64,000 nt of DNA from an uncultured Microthrixaceae bacterium (lineage in GTDB: Bacteria; Actinomycetota; Acidimicrobiia; Acidimicrobiales; VFJN01), in the NCBI GenBank assembly GCA_963727905.1, contig CAVSIC010000005.1, forward strand, positions 15,696-79,695. The letters run 5' to 3'. The position numbers were made by a program, and so were the translations under genes. The notes below the pieces were generated by a model. The model was not told the DNA's origin and did not search any database. It saw only the letters and a list, made by a program, of their open reading frames with translations. Of the stretch, positions 10,062 to 18,594 are shown piece by piece. Numbering within the stretch: position 1 is the stretch's first letter; each line of letters begins with the position of its first letter.

Positions 10062-10705
10062 GACGGAGCTCCTTCGAGCGCGGGCACCGGAGCGGTGAGG
10101 AGGGCGACGCCGGTGCTCACGAGCTCGGCGGCGAGGACGGGGACGGGGAGGCGGCGCTCCCCGCGGTCGGGGGCCCCCTCCCAGCCGGCGATCGTGCCCA
10201 TCACCAGCGTGGCCAGCTGGTCGAGGCGGCTGCGCCGGATCGGCGAGGGCAGGTCGTGGAGGCAGGCCCAGAGGCGGGCGGCGCTGTCTCGAAAGCTCCC
10301 AGCGACGGCCAGCGCCTGCAGCTCGGCCCAGGCCGACGGCTCCCAGCGGGTCCGGGCGAGGAAGCGGCCGTACCAACCGTCGGTCTCGGCGACGACCTCG
10401 AGCAGCGGCACGACCAGCGCCTCGACCAGCGCCGTGAGGTCCTCGAGCCCGTCGGTGGTGCCGAGCTCGTCCAGGCGCCGCCGGCGGCGCTCGTCGACGA
10501 GGGACATGCGGGCCTCGTAGACCGCGACGACCAGACCCGACCGCCCGCCGAAGTGGTACTGCGCGGCGGAGTGGTTGCGCTGTCCGGCGGCAGCGCTGAT
10601 GTCGCGCAGCGACACGCCGGTGATCCCGTGCTCGGCGAAGAGCCGCTCGGCGTGCTGCACGATCGCCCGCCGCGCCGGTTCGCCCCGGTTCCGCTCCGTC
10701 CCCAC
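10058..10705 (-). CDS. TetR-family transcriptional regulator
   Basis: 215-aa ORF. N-terminal HTH AIVQHAERLFAEHGITGVSLRDISAAAGQRNHSAAQYHFGGRSGLV. Its stop overlaps the TauD start (ATGA at 10058-10061). Confidence 0.85.
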   Translation of the reverse strand: MGTERNRGEPARRAIVQHAERLFAEHGITGVSLRDISAAAGQRNHSAAQYHFGGRSGLVVAVYEARMSLVDERRRRRLDELGTTDGLEDLTALVEALVVPLLEVVAETDGWYGRFLARTRWEPSAWAELQALAVAGSFRDSAARLWACLHDLPSPIRRSRLDQLATLVMGTIAGWEGAPDRGERRLPVPVLAAELVSTGVALLTAPVPALEGAPS

Positions 10706-10710
10706 CTCCG

Positions 10711-10731
10711 TATATTAAGTCACGTGACTTA
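10711..10731. promoter_or_regulatory. perfect 16-nt palindrome TAAGTCACGTGACTTA (10716-10731) overlapping two divergent -10-like hexamers (TATATT on +, 10711-10716; TAATAT on -, 10717-10712)
   Basis: Read directly. On the minus strand, TAATAT is followed by 6 nt (ACGGAG) and then the tetR GTG at 10705. This is the spacing expected for a leaderless transcript. Confidence 0.5.
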
Positions 10732-10854
10732 GTTGGGTCAAGGGAGACGGAGGTGGGCGTCTCCGCCCCGGCAGGGATCGTGGTGGTGACCTCTACTGCG
10801 TGCCGCGTCGGCTCCGCGTCACTTGTGGGTAAGGCACGATCACAGGGGGGCGTC

Positions 10855-12651
10855 ATGGATCGTCCGGTGCCAGCGGCGGGGTGGTCCCAGGTCGATTGGC
10901 GCGCGATCGCCGACGAGATCCCGCACATCGTCTGGGTGATCGGGCCCAATGGCGACTCGCAGTACACCAACCAGCGGGGGGAGGACTACACCGGCGCCAG
11001 CGGCTCGGCGAGCTGGGAGGCGGTGATCCACCCGGACGACGTCGCGGGCGCCGCGGTGCTCTGGGAGCAGGCGGTCTCGGCGAAGCTCGACTTCGAGGCG
11101 GACTTCCGGCTCCGGCGTCGAGATGGCGCGTACCTCTGGCACATCCTCCGGGCCCATCCGCAGCTCGACGCCGAGGGCCACGTCGAGCGCTGGGTCGGCA
11201 CGGCCACCGACATCCACGATCGCAAGCAGCTCGAGCAGCACCTCATCGAGTCGCGGCTCGAGACCGTCGATGCCTTGAACCTGCTCGACAACCTGCACGA
11301 CGCGGCCCCGGTGGGGCTCGGGTTCGTCGACCGAGACCTCCGCATCGCACGGATCAACGAGGAGCAGGCGGGGTTCACCCGCCACCCCAGGGCGCAGATG
11401 GTGGGGATGTCGGTGGAGGCGGCGGTGCCCGAGCTCTGGGGGCAGCTCGAGCCCGTCTACCGGCACGTCCTCGATGCCGGGGAAGCCGTTCGGAACCTGC
11501 CCTTCACGCGCACCGAGGACGAGGGGCGCCCGCGCCAGGAGTGGTTGGCGAGCTTCTACCCGGTGCGCACCGGCGAGGAGGTCATCGGCGTCGGCGTCGT
11601 CACCATCGACGTCACCGAGCGCCTCCAGGCCCAGGAGTTCCGCTCCACCGTGATGAGCCAGGTCAGCGACGGCGTGTACACCCTGGACGGCGAGGGGCTG
11701 CTGAGGTACATGAACCGAGCCGCCTCGAAGATGCTGGGCTGGACCGAGGATGAGCTCTGCGGCCTGCCCATGCACGAGGTGATCCACTTCCAGCGGGCCG
11801 ACGGGTCGTTGGTGGCGGCCGAGGACTGCGCGCTGGTGTCCGAGGGATCGGTCCACCGGCTGATCCGGACCGAAGGGGAGGTGTTCACCCGGAAGGACGG
11901 GTCCATCTTCCCGGTGGCCTTCTCCGCGATGCCGCTCGCGGTCGGGTCGACCGGGGAGGGGGTCTCCGTCGTGTTCCGCGACCTGAGCGATCCCTCCACC
12001 GCCACGAACCTGATCCGGGTGCTCGTCGCCGATCCCGACCCGACGTCGGGCGAGACCCTCACCGCGATGCTCACGCGGCACGAGGGCGTCGAGGTGGTGG
12101 GCGTCGCCCGGACCTCCGGCGAGGCGGTCGAGCAGGCTGTCCGGCAGCGCGCCGACGTCGTGATCGTCGACGTGGGCCTCCCGGACGTGGGTGGGGTCGC
12201 CACCGCCCTTCGCCTCAAGGCCGCGGCCCCGGCCACGAGCATCCTGATGCTGGTCGACGGGCAGGACGAGGCGGTGGCCGCCGCCGCCATCGCCGCCGGC
12301 TGCTCGGGCGTCGTGGACAAGCGGCGCGTCTGGGTCGAGCTGGCCAGCGCGGTGCGGGCGACCTACCACGGAGAGACCACCATCTCGCCGGCCCAGCTCC
12401 AGGCGGTGGTGACCAAGGTGCGCGCCAGCCGGCAGCCCGGGCGCGCCGAAGACCTCACGGCTCGCGAGCGGGAGGTGCTGCTGTGCCTCACCCAGGGGCT
12501 GACCAACCAGCAGGCGGCGACGCGCCTCGGGGGCTCCGTGAACACGGTGCGCAACCACGTCCAGCGCATCCTCTACAAGCTCGACGCGCACTCGAGGCTC
12601 GAGGCGGTCGTCGTGGCCACGCGCGATGGCCTGCTCGAACCCCCTGGCTGA
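10855..12651 (+). CDS. PAS-PAS-PAS / receiver-like / LuxR-HTH hybrid transcriptional regulator
   Basis: ATG 10855 follows a purine/G-rich tract (CAGGGGGG). There are three PAS-like blocks (e.g. IVWVIGPNGDSQYTNQRGEDYTG...RRRDGAYLWH; DVTERLQAQE links). A REC-like block follows (IRVLVADPDP...VVIVDVGLPDVGG...ILMLVDG...VVDKRR). The C-terminal LuxR HTH reads LTAREREVLLCLTQGLTNQQAATRLGGSVNTVRNHVQRILYKL. Confidence 0.8.
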   Translation: MDRPVPAAGWSQVDWRAIADEIPHIVWVIGPNGDSQYTNQRGEDYTGASGSASWEAVIHPDDVAGAAVLWEQAVSAKLDFEADFRLRRRDGAYLWHILRAHPQLDAEGHVERWVGTATDIHDRKQLEQHLIESRLETVDALNLLDNLHDAAPVGLGFVDRDLRIARINEEQAGFTRHPRAQMVGMSVEAAVPELWGQLEPVYRHVLDAGEAVRNLPFTRTEDEGRPRQEWLASFYPVRTGEEVIGVGVVTIDVTERLQAQEFRSTVMSQVSDGVYTLDGEGLLRYMNRAASKMLGWTEDELCGLPMHEVIHFQRADGSLVAAEDCALVSEGSVHRLIRTEGEVFTRKDGSIFPVAFSAMPLAVGSTGEGVSVVFRDLSDPSTATNLIRVLVADPDPTSGETLTAMLTRHEGVEVVGVARTSGEAVEQAVRQRADVVIVDVGLPDVGGVATALRLKAAAPATSILMLVDGQDEAVAAAAIAAGCSGVVDKRRVWVELASAVRATYHGETTISPAQLQAVVTKVRASRQPGRAEDLTAREREVLLCLTQGLTNQQAATRLGGSVNTVRNHVQRILYKLDAHSRLEAVVVATRDGLLEPPG

Positions 12652-12665
12652 GGACCTCGCTCAGG

Positions 12666-13106
12666 TCAGTCCAGGGCGGAGAGGACCTCGCCGATGATCT
12701 TGGTGGCCTCGTGGGCGGGGAGGGGCTCGCCGCCCTCCGCCTCGGCGACCTCCTTGGCGAAGTCCTCCACGGACGGCTTGCCGCCGACGAGCACGTGGCG
12801 GAGGGCCTCGGCGCTGGCCTCCGGGTCGGCGATCGCCTCCAGCGCCGGTGCCACGTCGTGGTCCGGCGACTCGGCCACCTCGTGGACGAGGTGCATCGCC
12901 TCCTCGCGCCCGCTGGCCGTGGACACGGCAGGCTGGCGGTCGGGGTCCTGCTGGAGGTCCCACTCGCCCAGCGCCTCGTCGTAGCCCCCCTCGCCCGGGT
13001 GCAGCACGCGGGTGGTCGGCGCCTCCGGGTCTGCCACCCCGTCGCCGTCCACGGGGAGGTCCAGCGGGATCACGAGCGTGCCGTCGTCGTTGCGAACGAT
13101 GTCCAT
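12666..13106 (-). CDS. hypothetical acidic protein (146 aa)
   Basis: Track ORF with GC3-rich codon usage. Strongly acidic (many D and E). No family recognised. Confidence 0.5.
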   Translation of the reverse strand: MDIVRNDDGTLVIPLDLPVDGDGVADPEAPTTRVLHPGEGGYDEALGEWDLQQDPDRQPAVSTASGREEAMHLVHEVAESPDHDVAPALEAIADPEASAEALRHVLVGGKPSVEDFAKEVAEAEGGEPLPAHEATKIIGEVLSALD

Positions 13107-13161
13107 GCGGCACCCCTACCCACCTTCGGCCGATCTCGGCCCCAGGGCTGTCCGCTTGCTC

Positions 13162-13185
13162 TGAGTGAGTGCTCACTCATAGGGT
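13162..13185 (+). promoter_or_regulatory. inverted repeat TGAGTGAG-TG-CTCACTCA (13162-13179) followed directly by a TAGGGT -10-like box (13180-13185); candidate TetR operator and promoter
   Basis: Read directly. TAGGGT is followed by 6 nt and then the GTG at 13192. Confidence 0.45.
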
Positions 13186-13191
13186 GGCGGC

Positions 13192-13782
13192 GTGGACCTC
13201 GTGACCGCGGAAGCCGACCAGACCGCCATCCGGCGGCGGGCGTCGATGCTCCCGCCCGAGGAGCGGCGGGCCGCCATCGTGCAGGCCACCTTCCCGCTCC
13301 TCCTGGCCCACGGCGAGATGGTCACCACCCGCCAGATCGCCGACGCCGCGGGGATCGCGGAGGGCACGATCTTCCGGGTCTTCGACGACAAGGACGCCGT
13401 GATCCGGGCGGTGCTCGAGGCGGTGTTCGACCCCACCCCGTTCGACGACGCCGTGCGCGCCCTCGACCCGGGGCTCAGCTTCGAGGCGGGCCTGCGCACG
13501 ATCGTGGACCTCCTGCAGCAGCGGGCCGTGGTCATCTGGCGGGTCGCCTCCAGCCTCGGCCCGCGCTTCCACGACGACACCCGCAAGAACGTCGTGGTCA
13601 GCCCGCCCATGGTGGCCTTCTTCAAGCGCCACAAGGACCGGATCCGGCTGCCGCCCACCGAGGCCGCCCAGGTCCTGCGCTCGCTCACGATCTCCCTGAC
13701 CCACCCCTCCCTCGTCGAGGAGCCCATGGCCCCGAAGCGCATCGTCGACCTGTTCCTCCACGGTGGGGGAGCGCGCGCGTGA
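13192..13782 (+). CDS. TetR-family transcriptional regulator
   Basis: 196-aa ORF. HTH AAIVQATFPLLLAHGEMVTTRQIADAAGIAEGTIFRVFDDKDAV. An alternative start at the internal Met (MLPPEERR, 13246) is possible. Confidence 0.8.
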   Translation: MDLVTAEADQTAIRRRASMLPPEERRAAIVQATFPLLLAHGEMVTTRQIADAAGIAEGTIFRVFDDKDAVIRAVLEAVFDPTPFDDAVRALDPGLSFEAGLRTIVDLLQQRAVVIWRVASSLGPRFHDDTRKNVVVSPPMVAFFKRHKDRIRLPPTEAAQVLRSLTISLTHPSLVEEPMAPKRIVDLFLHGGGARA

Positions 13783-15539
13783 CCGACCTGCTCAAGGTCC
13801 TCCGCAAGCACCTCGCGCCCTACCGGCGCGAGCTCGGGATCATCGTCCTGTTCCAGACCATCCAGGCGTCGTTGGCCCTCACCCTCCCGACGCTCAACGC
13901 CAACATCATCAACAACGGCATCCTCCACTTCGAGGGCGGCGTTCTGAGCCCCGACCAGGGCTACATCCGGTCCGAGGGCGTCCTGATGCTGGGGGTCACG
14001 GTCCTGCAGGGCCTGTTCTCGGGCGTCGCCGTCTACTACGGCGCCAAGGTCGCCATGGGCTTCGGCCGGGAGATCCGGGCCTCGTTGTTCCACCAGGTCA
14101 CGGAGTTCTCGGCCCGCGAGGTCGGGGCGTTCGGGGCGCCCTCGCTGATCACCCGCATCACGAACGACGTCCAGCAGGTCCAGATGCTGGTGATCATGAC
14201 CTGCACGATGGCGATCGGGGCTCCGATCACCATCACGGTCGGCATCGTGATGGCGCTGCGGGAGGACATCGGGCTGTCCGTGATCCTCGCCGTGGCCATC
14301 CCGTTCGCCGCCGTGGTCCTCGGCACGATCGTGGCGAACATGATGCCGGCCTTCCAGAAGATGCAGGAGCGCATCGACCAGATCAACCGGGTCCTGCGGG
14401 AGCAGATCACCGGGATCCGGGTGGTCCGGGCGTTCGTGCGGGAGCCGCAGGAGGTGGAGCGGTTCACCGAGGCCAACGCCGACCTCACCGCCACGGCCCT
14501 GCGGGCCGGGCGGCTGATGTCGTCGATGTTCCCGATCGTGAACCTCATCATCAACGTGGCCTCCGCCGCGGTGGTGTGGCTGGGTGCCAGCCGGATCTCG
14601 TCGGGCGAGATCCAGCTCGGCGCGATGGTCGCCTACCTCTCGTACGTGGTGCAGATCCTCTGGTCCGTCGTGATGGCGACGTTCATGGTGTCGATGATCC
14701 CGCGGGCCGCGGTCGCCTCCGAGCGCATCCAGGAGGTGCTCGACACCAGCTCGTCCGTCGTCCCGCCCGCGAACCCGGTGCTGGACCAGCCGAAGAAGGG
14801 GCAGCTGGAGCTGAAGGACGTGGGCTTCCACTACCCGGGCGCCGAGCAGGCCGTCCTCTGCGACCTGAGCTTCACGACCAAGCCCGGCACCACCACGGCC
14901 ATCGTCGGCTCCACCGGCGCCGGCAAGACCACGCTCGTCAGCCTGATCCCGCGCCTCTTCGACGCGACCTCCGGCGAGGTGCTCGTCGGCGGCGTCGACG
15001 TGCGCGAGCTCGACCCCGACGTCCTCTGGAACTCGATCGGCCTCGTGCCGCAGCGGCCGTACCTCTTCTCCGGGACCGTCGCCTCGAACCTGCGCTACGG
15101 GAAGCCCGACGCCAGCGAGGAGGAGATGTGGGAGGCGCTGCGCGTCGCCCAGGCCGAGGACTTCGTCCGGAACATGCCCGGCGGCCTCGAGGCCCGGATC
15201 GAGCAGGGCGGCACCAACGTGTCCGGCGGCCAGCGCCAGCGCCTGTCGATCGCCCGTGCCCTGGTCCGCAAGCCGGACATCTACGTGTTCGACGACTCGT
15301 TCTCGGCCCTCGACCTCGCCACCGATGCCCGCCTCCGGGAGGCCCTCGTGCCGTACACCCGGCAGGCCGCCGTGGTGATCGTGGCCCAGCGGGTGTCGAC
15401 GATCTCCACCGCCGACCAGATCATCGTGCTCGAGGACGGCGTGGTGGTCGGGCGGGGCAAGCACGAGGCGCTGCTCAAGCGATCCGCCACCTACCGCGAG
15501 ATCGTCGAGTCCCAGATCGGCGAAGGGCGCGCCGCGTGA
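13779..15539 (+). CDS. ABC exporter, fused permease/ATPase half-transporter (type-I exporter, multidrug-like), subunit 1
   Basis: 586 aa from a GTG that overlaps the tetR TGA (GTGA at 13779-13782). Six-TM region, then Walker A GSTGAGKTT, signature VSGGQRQRLSIARAL and Walker B IYVFDDSFSALD. Confidence 0.9.
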   Translation: MTDLLKVLRKHLAPYRRELGIIVLFQTIQASLALTLPTLNANIINNGILHFEGGVLSPDQGYIRSEGVLMLGVTVLQGLFSGVAVYYGAKVAMGFGREIRASLFHQVTEFSAREVGAFGAPSLITRITNDVQQVQMLVIMTCTMAIGAPITITVGIVMALREDIGLSVILAVAIPFAAVVLGTIVANMMPAFQKMQERIDQINRVLREQITGIRVVRAFVREPQEVERFTEANADLTATALRAGRLMSSMFPIVNLIINVASAAVVWLGASRISSGEIQLGAMVAYLSYVVQILWSVVMATFMVSMIPRAAVASERIQEVLDTSSSVVPPANPVLDQPKKGQLELKDVGFHYPGAEQAVLCDLSFTTKPGTTTAIVGSTGAGKTTLVSLIPRLFDATSGEVLVGGVDVRELDPDVLWNSIGLVPQRPYLFSGTVASNLRYGKPDASEEEMWEALRVAQAEDFVRNMPGGLEARIEQGGTNVSGGQRQRLSIARALVRKPDIYVFDDSFSALDLATDARLREALVPYTRQAAVVIVAQRVSTISTADQIIVLEDGVVVGRGKHEALLKRSATYREIVESQIGEGRAA

Positions 15540-17422
15540 CCGACATCGCCCAGCAGAACGAGGAGCTGCGGGAGATCCCCGCCGAGACGCGCCGGACGCC
15601 GGGCGGCTGGCGGCAGGGCGGGGTGCCCACCGAGCGATCGGAGGACTTCGGCGGCGCCGTCCGCCGCCTCGGCCAGCTGCTGCGCCCGGACTGGCCCCGC
15701 CTGGCCCTGATCGTGGTGATGGCCCTGGCCAGCACCGTCCTCAACGTGCTCGGCCCCCGCGTGCTGGGCCGGGCGACCGACGTCGTCATCGACGGCCTCC
15801 GATCGGGCCGGGGCATCGACTTCCCCGAGCTCCACCACGTCCTCTACGAGGCCATCGCCCTGTACGTCGGCGCCGCCGTCCTCGGCGTCGGGATCGCCCT
15901 CACCCTGGCCGGCGTCGTGCAGCGGCTCATGTTCGGCCTGCGCCAGCAGGCGGAGGCCAAGATCAACGCGCTCCCGCTCCGCTACATCGACCGCCAGGCC
16001 CGGGGCGATCTGCTGAGCCGCGTCACCAACGACCTCGACAACCTCGCGCAGACCCTTCAGCAGACGCTCAGCCAGATGCTGACGTCGGTCCTCCTGCTGA
16101 TCGGGGTCGCCGTGATGATGATCACGATCTCGCCGCTCCTGGCGCTCGTCGCGCTGGTCACCGTGCCGGGGGCGCTGTGGTCGATGAAGGTCATCGGTGG
16201 GCGGGCCCGCCCCAAGTTCATCGAGCAGTGGCGATCCACGGGCGAGCTGAACGCCCAGATCGAGGAGACCTTCACGGGGCACGCCATCGTGAAGGCCTTC
16301 GGTCGCCAGCAGCAGGTCGAGAGCCGCTTCAACGAGACCAACGAGGTGCTCTACCGGTCGTCGTTCGGCGCGCAGTTCATGTCGAGCCTGATGCAGCCGT
16401 CCACGATGTTCTTCGGGAACCTGCAGTACGTGATCGTCGCCGTGGTCGGCGGCCTGCGCGTGGCCACGGGCGCCATCAGCATCGGCGACGTCCAGGCGTT
16501 CATCCAGTACTCCCGGCAGTTCGCCATGCCGCTCACGCAGCTGGCCTCGATGATGAACATGTTCCAGTCGGGCATCGCCTCGCTGGAGCGGGTGATCGAG
16601 CTGCTCGACGCCGACGAGCAGACGCCCGACGGCGCCGCCCGGCTCCCCGAGCGGGTCGAGGGCCGGGTCGTGTTCGACGACGTGTGCTTCTCCTACGACC
16701 CCGATCGGGCGCTGATCGAGGGCCTGGAGCTGGTGGCGGAGCCGGGGGAGACCATCGCGATCGTCGGGCCGACCGGCGCCGGCAAGACCACCCTGGTCAA
16801 CCTGATCATGCGGTTCTACGAGCTCGACGCCGGGTTCATCACCCTCGACGGCGTCGACATCGCCAGCATCCCCCGGGCCGACCTCCGCTCCCACCTCGGC
16901 ATGGTGCTGCAGGACACCTGGCTCTTCGGCGGGACCATCCGGGACAACATCGCCTACGGCAACCCCGACGCCACCGAGGAGCAGATCCTCGAGGCCGCCA
17001 AGGCCTGCTACGTCGACCGGTTCGTCCACCACCTCCCCGACGGCTACGACACCGTGATCAACGAGGAGGGCGACAACATCAGCGCCGGTCAGAAGCAGCT
17101 CCTGACCATCGCCCGGGCCTTCCTCGCCGACCGCTCGATCCTCATCCTCGACGAGGCGACCTCCTCGGTGGACACCCGGACCGAGGTGCAGGTCCAGGTG
17201 GCCATGAACCGCCTCCGCAAGGGCCGCACGAGCTTCGTGATCGCCCACCGGCTGTCCACGATCCGCGGTGCCGACACGATCCTCGTGATGGAGCAGGGCC
17301 GCATCGTCGAGCAGGGCTCCCACGAGCACCTGCTGAGCCGCGACGGGCCCTACTACCGTCTCTACAACTCCCAGTTCGCCGGGGCCGTGGCCGAGGCCGA
17401 CCCGAACGCCCTGATGTCCTAG
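15536..17422 (+). CDS. ABC exporter, fused permease/ATPase half-transporter, subunit 2
   Basis: 628 aa from a GTG that overlaps the upstream TGA (GTGA at 15536-15539). Walker A GPTGAGKTT, signature ISAGQKQLLTIARAF, Walker B ILILDEATSSVD. Probable heterodimer partner of the preceding gene. Confidence 0.9.
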   Translation: MTDIAQQNEELREIPAETRRTPGGWRQGGVPTERSEDFGGAVRRLGQLLRPDWPRLALIVVMALASTVLNVLGPRVLGRATDVVIDGLRSGRGIDFPELHHVLYEAIALYVGAAVLGVGIALTLAGVVQRLMFGLRQQAEAKINALPLRYIDRQARGDLLSRVTNDLDNLAQTLQQTLSQMLTSVLLLIGVAVMMITISPLLALVALVTVPGALWSMKVIGGRARPKFIEQWRSTGELNAQIEETFTGHAIVKAFGRQQQVESRFNETNEVLYRSSFGAQFMSSLMQPSTMFFGNLQYVIVAVVGGLRVATGAISIGDVQAFIQYSRQFAMPLTQLASMMNMFQSGIASLERVIELLDADEQTPDGAARLPERVEGRVVFDDVCFSYDPDRALIEGLELVAEPGETIAIVGPTGAGKTTLVNLIMRFYELDAGFITLDGVDIASIPRADLRSHLGMVLQDTWLFGGTIRDNIAYGNPDATEEQILEAAKACYVDRFVHHLPDGYDTVINEEGDNISAGQKQLLTIARAFLADRSILILDEATSSVDTRTEVQVQVAMNRLRKGRTSFVIAHRLSTIRGADTILVMEQGRIVEQGSHEHLLSRDGPYYRLYNSQFAGAVAEADPNALMS

Positions 17423-17853
17423 CTGGACGGGATCGCGTAGGTCACGGTGGCGTGGGCGACCAGGTCGTCCGGGTCCGTCCCCTCGCTCCAGAGCCGCACC
17501 TCGCTGACCGACTGCCGGCGGCCGAGCCGCAGCAGCCGGGCGTGGGCTACGAGGTCGGCCGGCTGGGGCTTCTGGAGGAAGCTGATCGTGAGGCTGCTCG
17601 TCACCGCGAGGGCCACGGGCCCGATGCGGGACAGCGTCACCAGCCACGCGGCCCCGTCGGCCAGGCTCATCATCGTGGGCCCCGAGAGCGTCCCCCCGGG
17701 CCGGATCTGCCCGGCCTCGGCCGGCAGCCGCATCGTGATCCCGGCCTCGTCCACGTGCTCCACCCGATAGGCGCGCGGCGCCCCCGGAAACGCGCCCGCG
17801 AGGAACTCGTTCAGCTCCTCCACGCTCATCACCACCGGCTGCGCCTTCGGCAT
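17419..17853 (-). CDS. PaaI/hotdog-fold thioesterase
   Basis: 144-aa ORF. The pattern ...GGTLSGPTMMSLADGAAWLVTL...AVTSSLTISFLQ...LLRLGRRQSVSEVRLW is typical of PaaI-type thioesterases. Converges on the ABC gene with a 4-nt overlap. Confidence 0.75.
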   Translation of the reverse strand: MPKAQPVVMSVEELNEFLAGAFPGAPRAYRVEHVDEAGITMRLPAEAGQIRPGGTLSGPTMMSLADGAAWLVTLSRIGPVALAVTSSLTISFLQKPQPADLVAHARLLRLGRRQSVSEVRLWSEGTDPDDLVAHATVTYAIPSS

Positions 17854-18000
17854 CCGCAGGAACCTAACGGCCGCCTCTCATGTAACGGAACATCGCCCTC
17901 GCGCGAATGAACCAGTACGAGCCTCCGATCGGAGGCAGCCACGGATTGATGCGGAGGCTCGCCGATGTCGCGGTTCCGAGGGTTCTGAGTCGCAGTCCTG

Positions 18001-18567
18001 GTGCTGACGGTGACCATCGGGGGACTTGCCGTCGCCCCGGCATCGGCGCGCGTGTGGCGGACCTACTCGACAGGCTGCGAGCAGGGCACGGTCGGCAACT
18101 CGGCTGACAGCGTGAACCACATCTTCCACTACAGCTCGAACCTCTCATCCTGGATGACCACCGCAGTGACCTGGTCCCGAACCAACAACCTCGACCCGAC
18201 CGTCCTCAACACGTTCTACGCCGAGCTCGTTCAAGTCGATACCGACGTCGTGGTCTATGACCAGGACTACACCGACTGGTGCGGCTATCCCTGGAACGGG
18301 ATGCCGGGGACGCAGGGCGGCACGGAGGGCTTGACCGCTTGTGTGAGCCTGACGCCGAATCCGGCTGGGGCGTGCGAGAAGTTCGAGGTCCGCTTCGACG
18401 AGTCAGCCACGCGCACGGGGAGCACGACCATGCGACGGGTCCTCGCGTGCCATGAGCTGGGCCACACCCTCGGCCTGGAACACGCCACGGGCTGCATGGC
18501 GTTCCCCCGCAACTCATCGACCTCATACGCAACTGCTGATGTCGGCTGGATCAACAGCCACTACTGA
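18001..18567 (+). CDS. small secreted zinc metalloprotease, metzincin-type motif (snapalysin-like size)
   Basis: 188-aa ORF. Short N-terminal hydrophobic segment ending APASA. The extended zinc motif HELGHTLGLEH (HExxHxxGxxH) lies close to the C-terminus. A/T-ending codons are visibly more frequent than in neighbouring genes. Confidence 0.65.
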   Translation: MLTVTIGGLAVAPASARVWRTYSTGCEQGTVGNSADSVNHIFHYSSNLSSWMTTAVTWSRTNNLDPTVLNTFYAELVQVDTDVVVYDQDYTDWCGYPWNGMPGTQGGTEGLTACVSLTPNPAGACEKFEVRFDESATRTGSTTMRRVLACHELGHTLGLEHATGCMAFPRNSSTSYATADVGWINSHY

Positions 18568-18594
18568 CACCCGACCAGGGCCAAGGAGATGTTC

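Noticed and set aside
9132-10970. 612-aa version of the TauD ORF
   Set aside because: The TauD homology starts at the ATG at 10061. Upstream codons are Arg/Pro/Ala-rich and run antisense through the TetR gene, which has a clear HTH.
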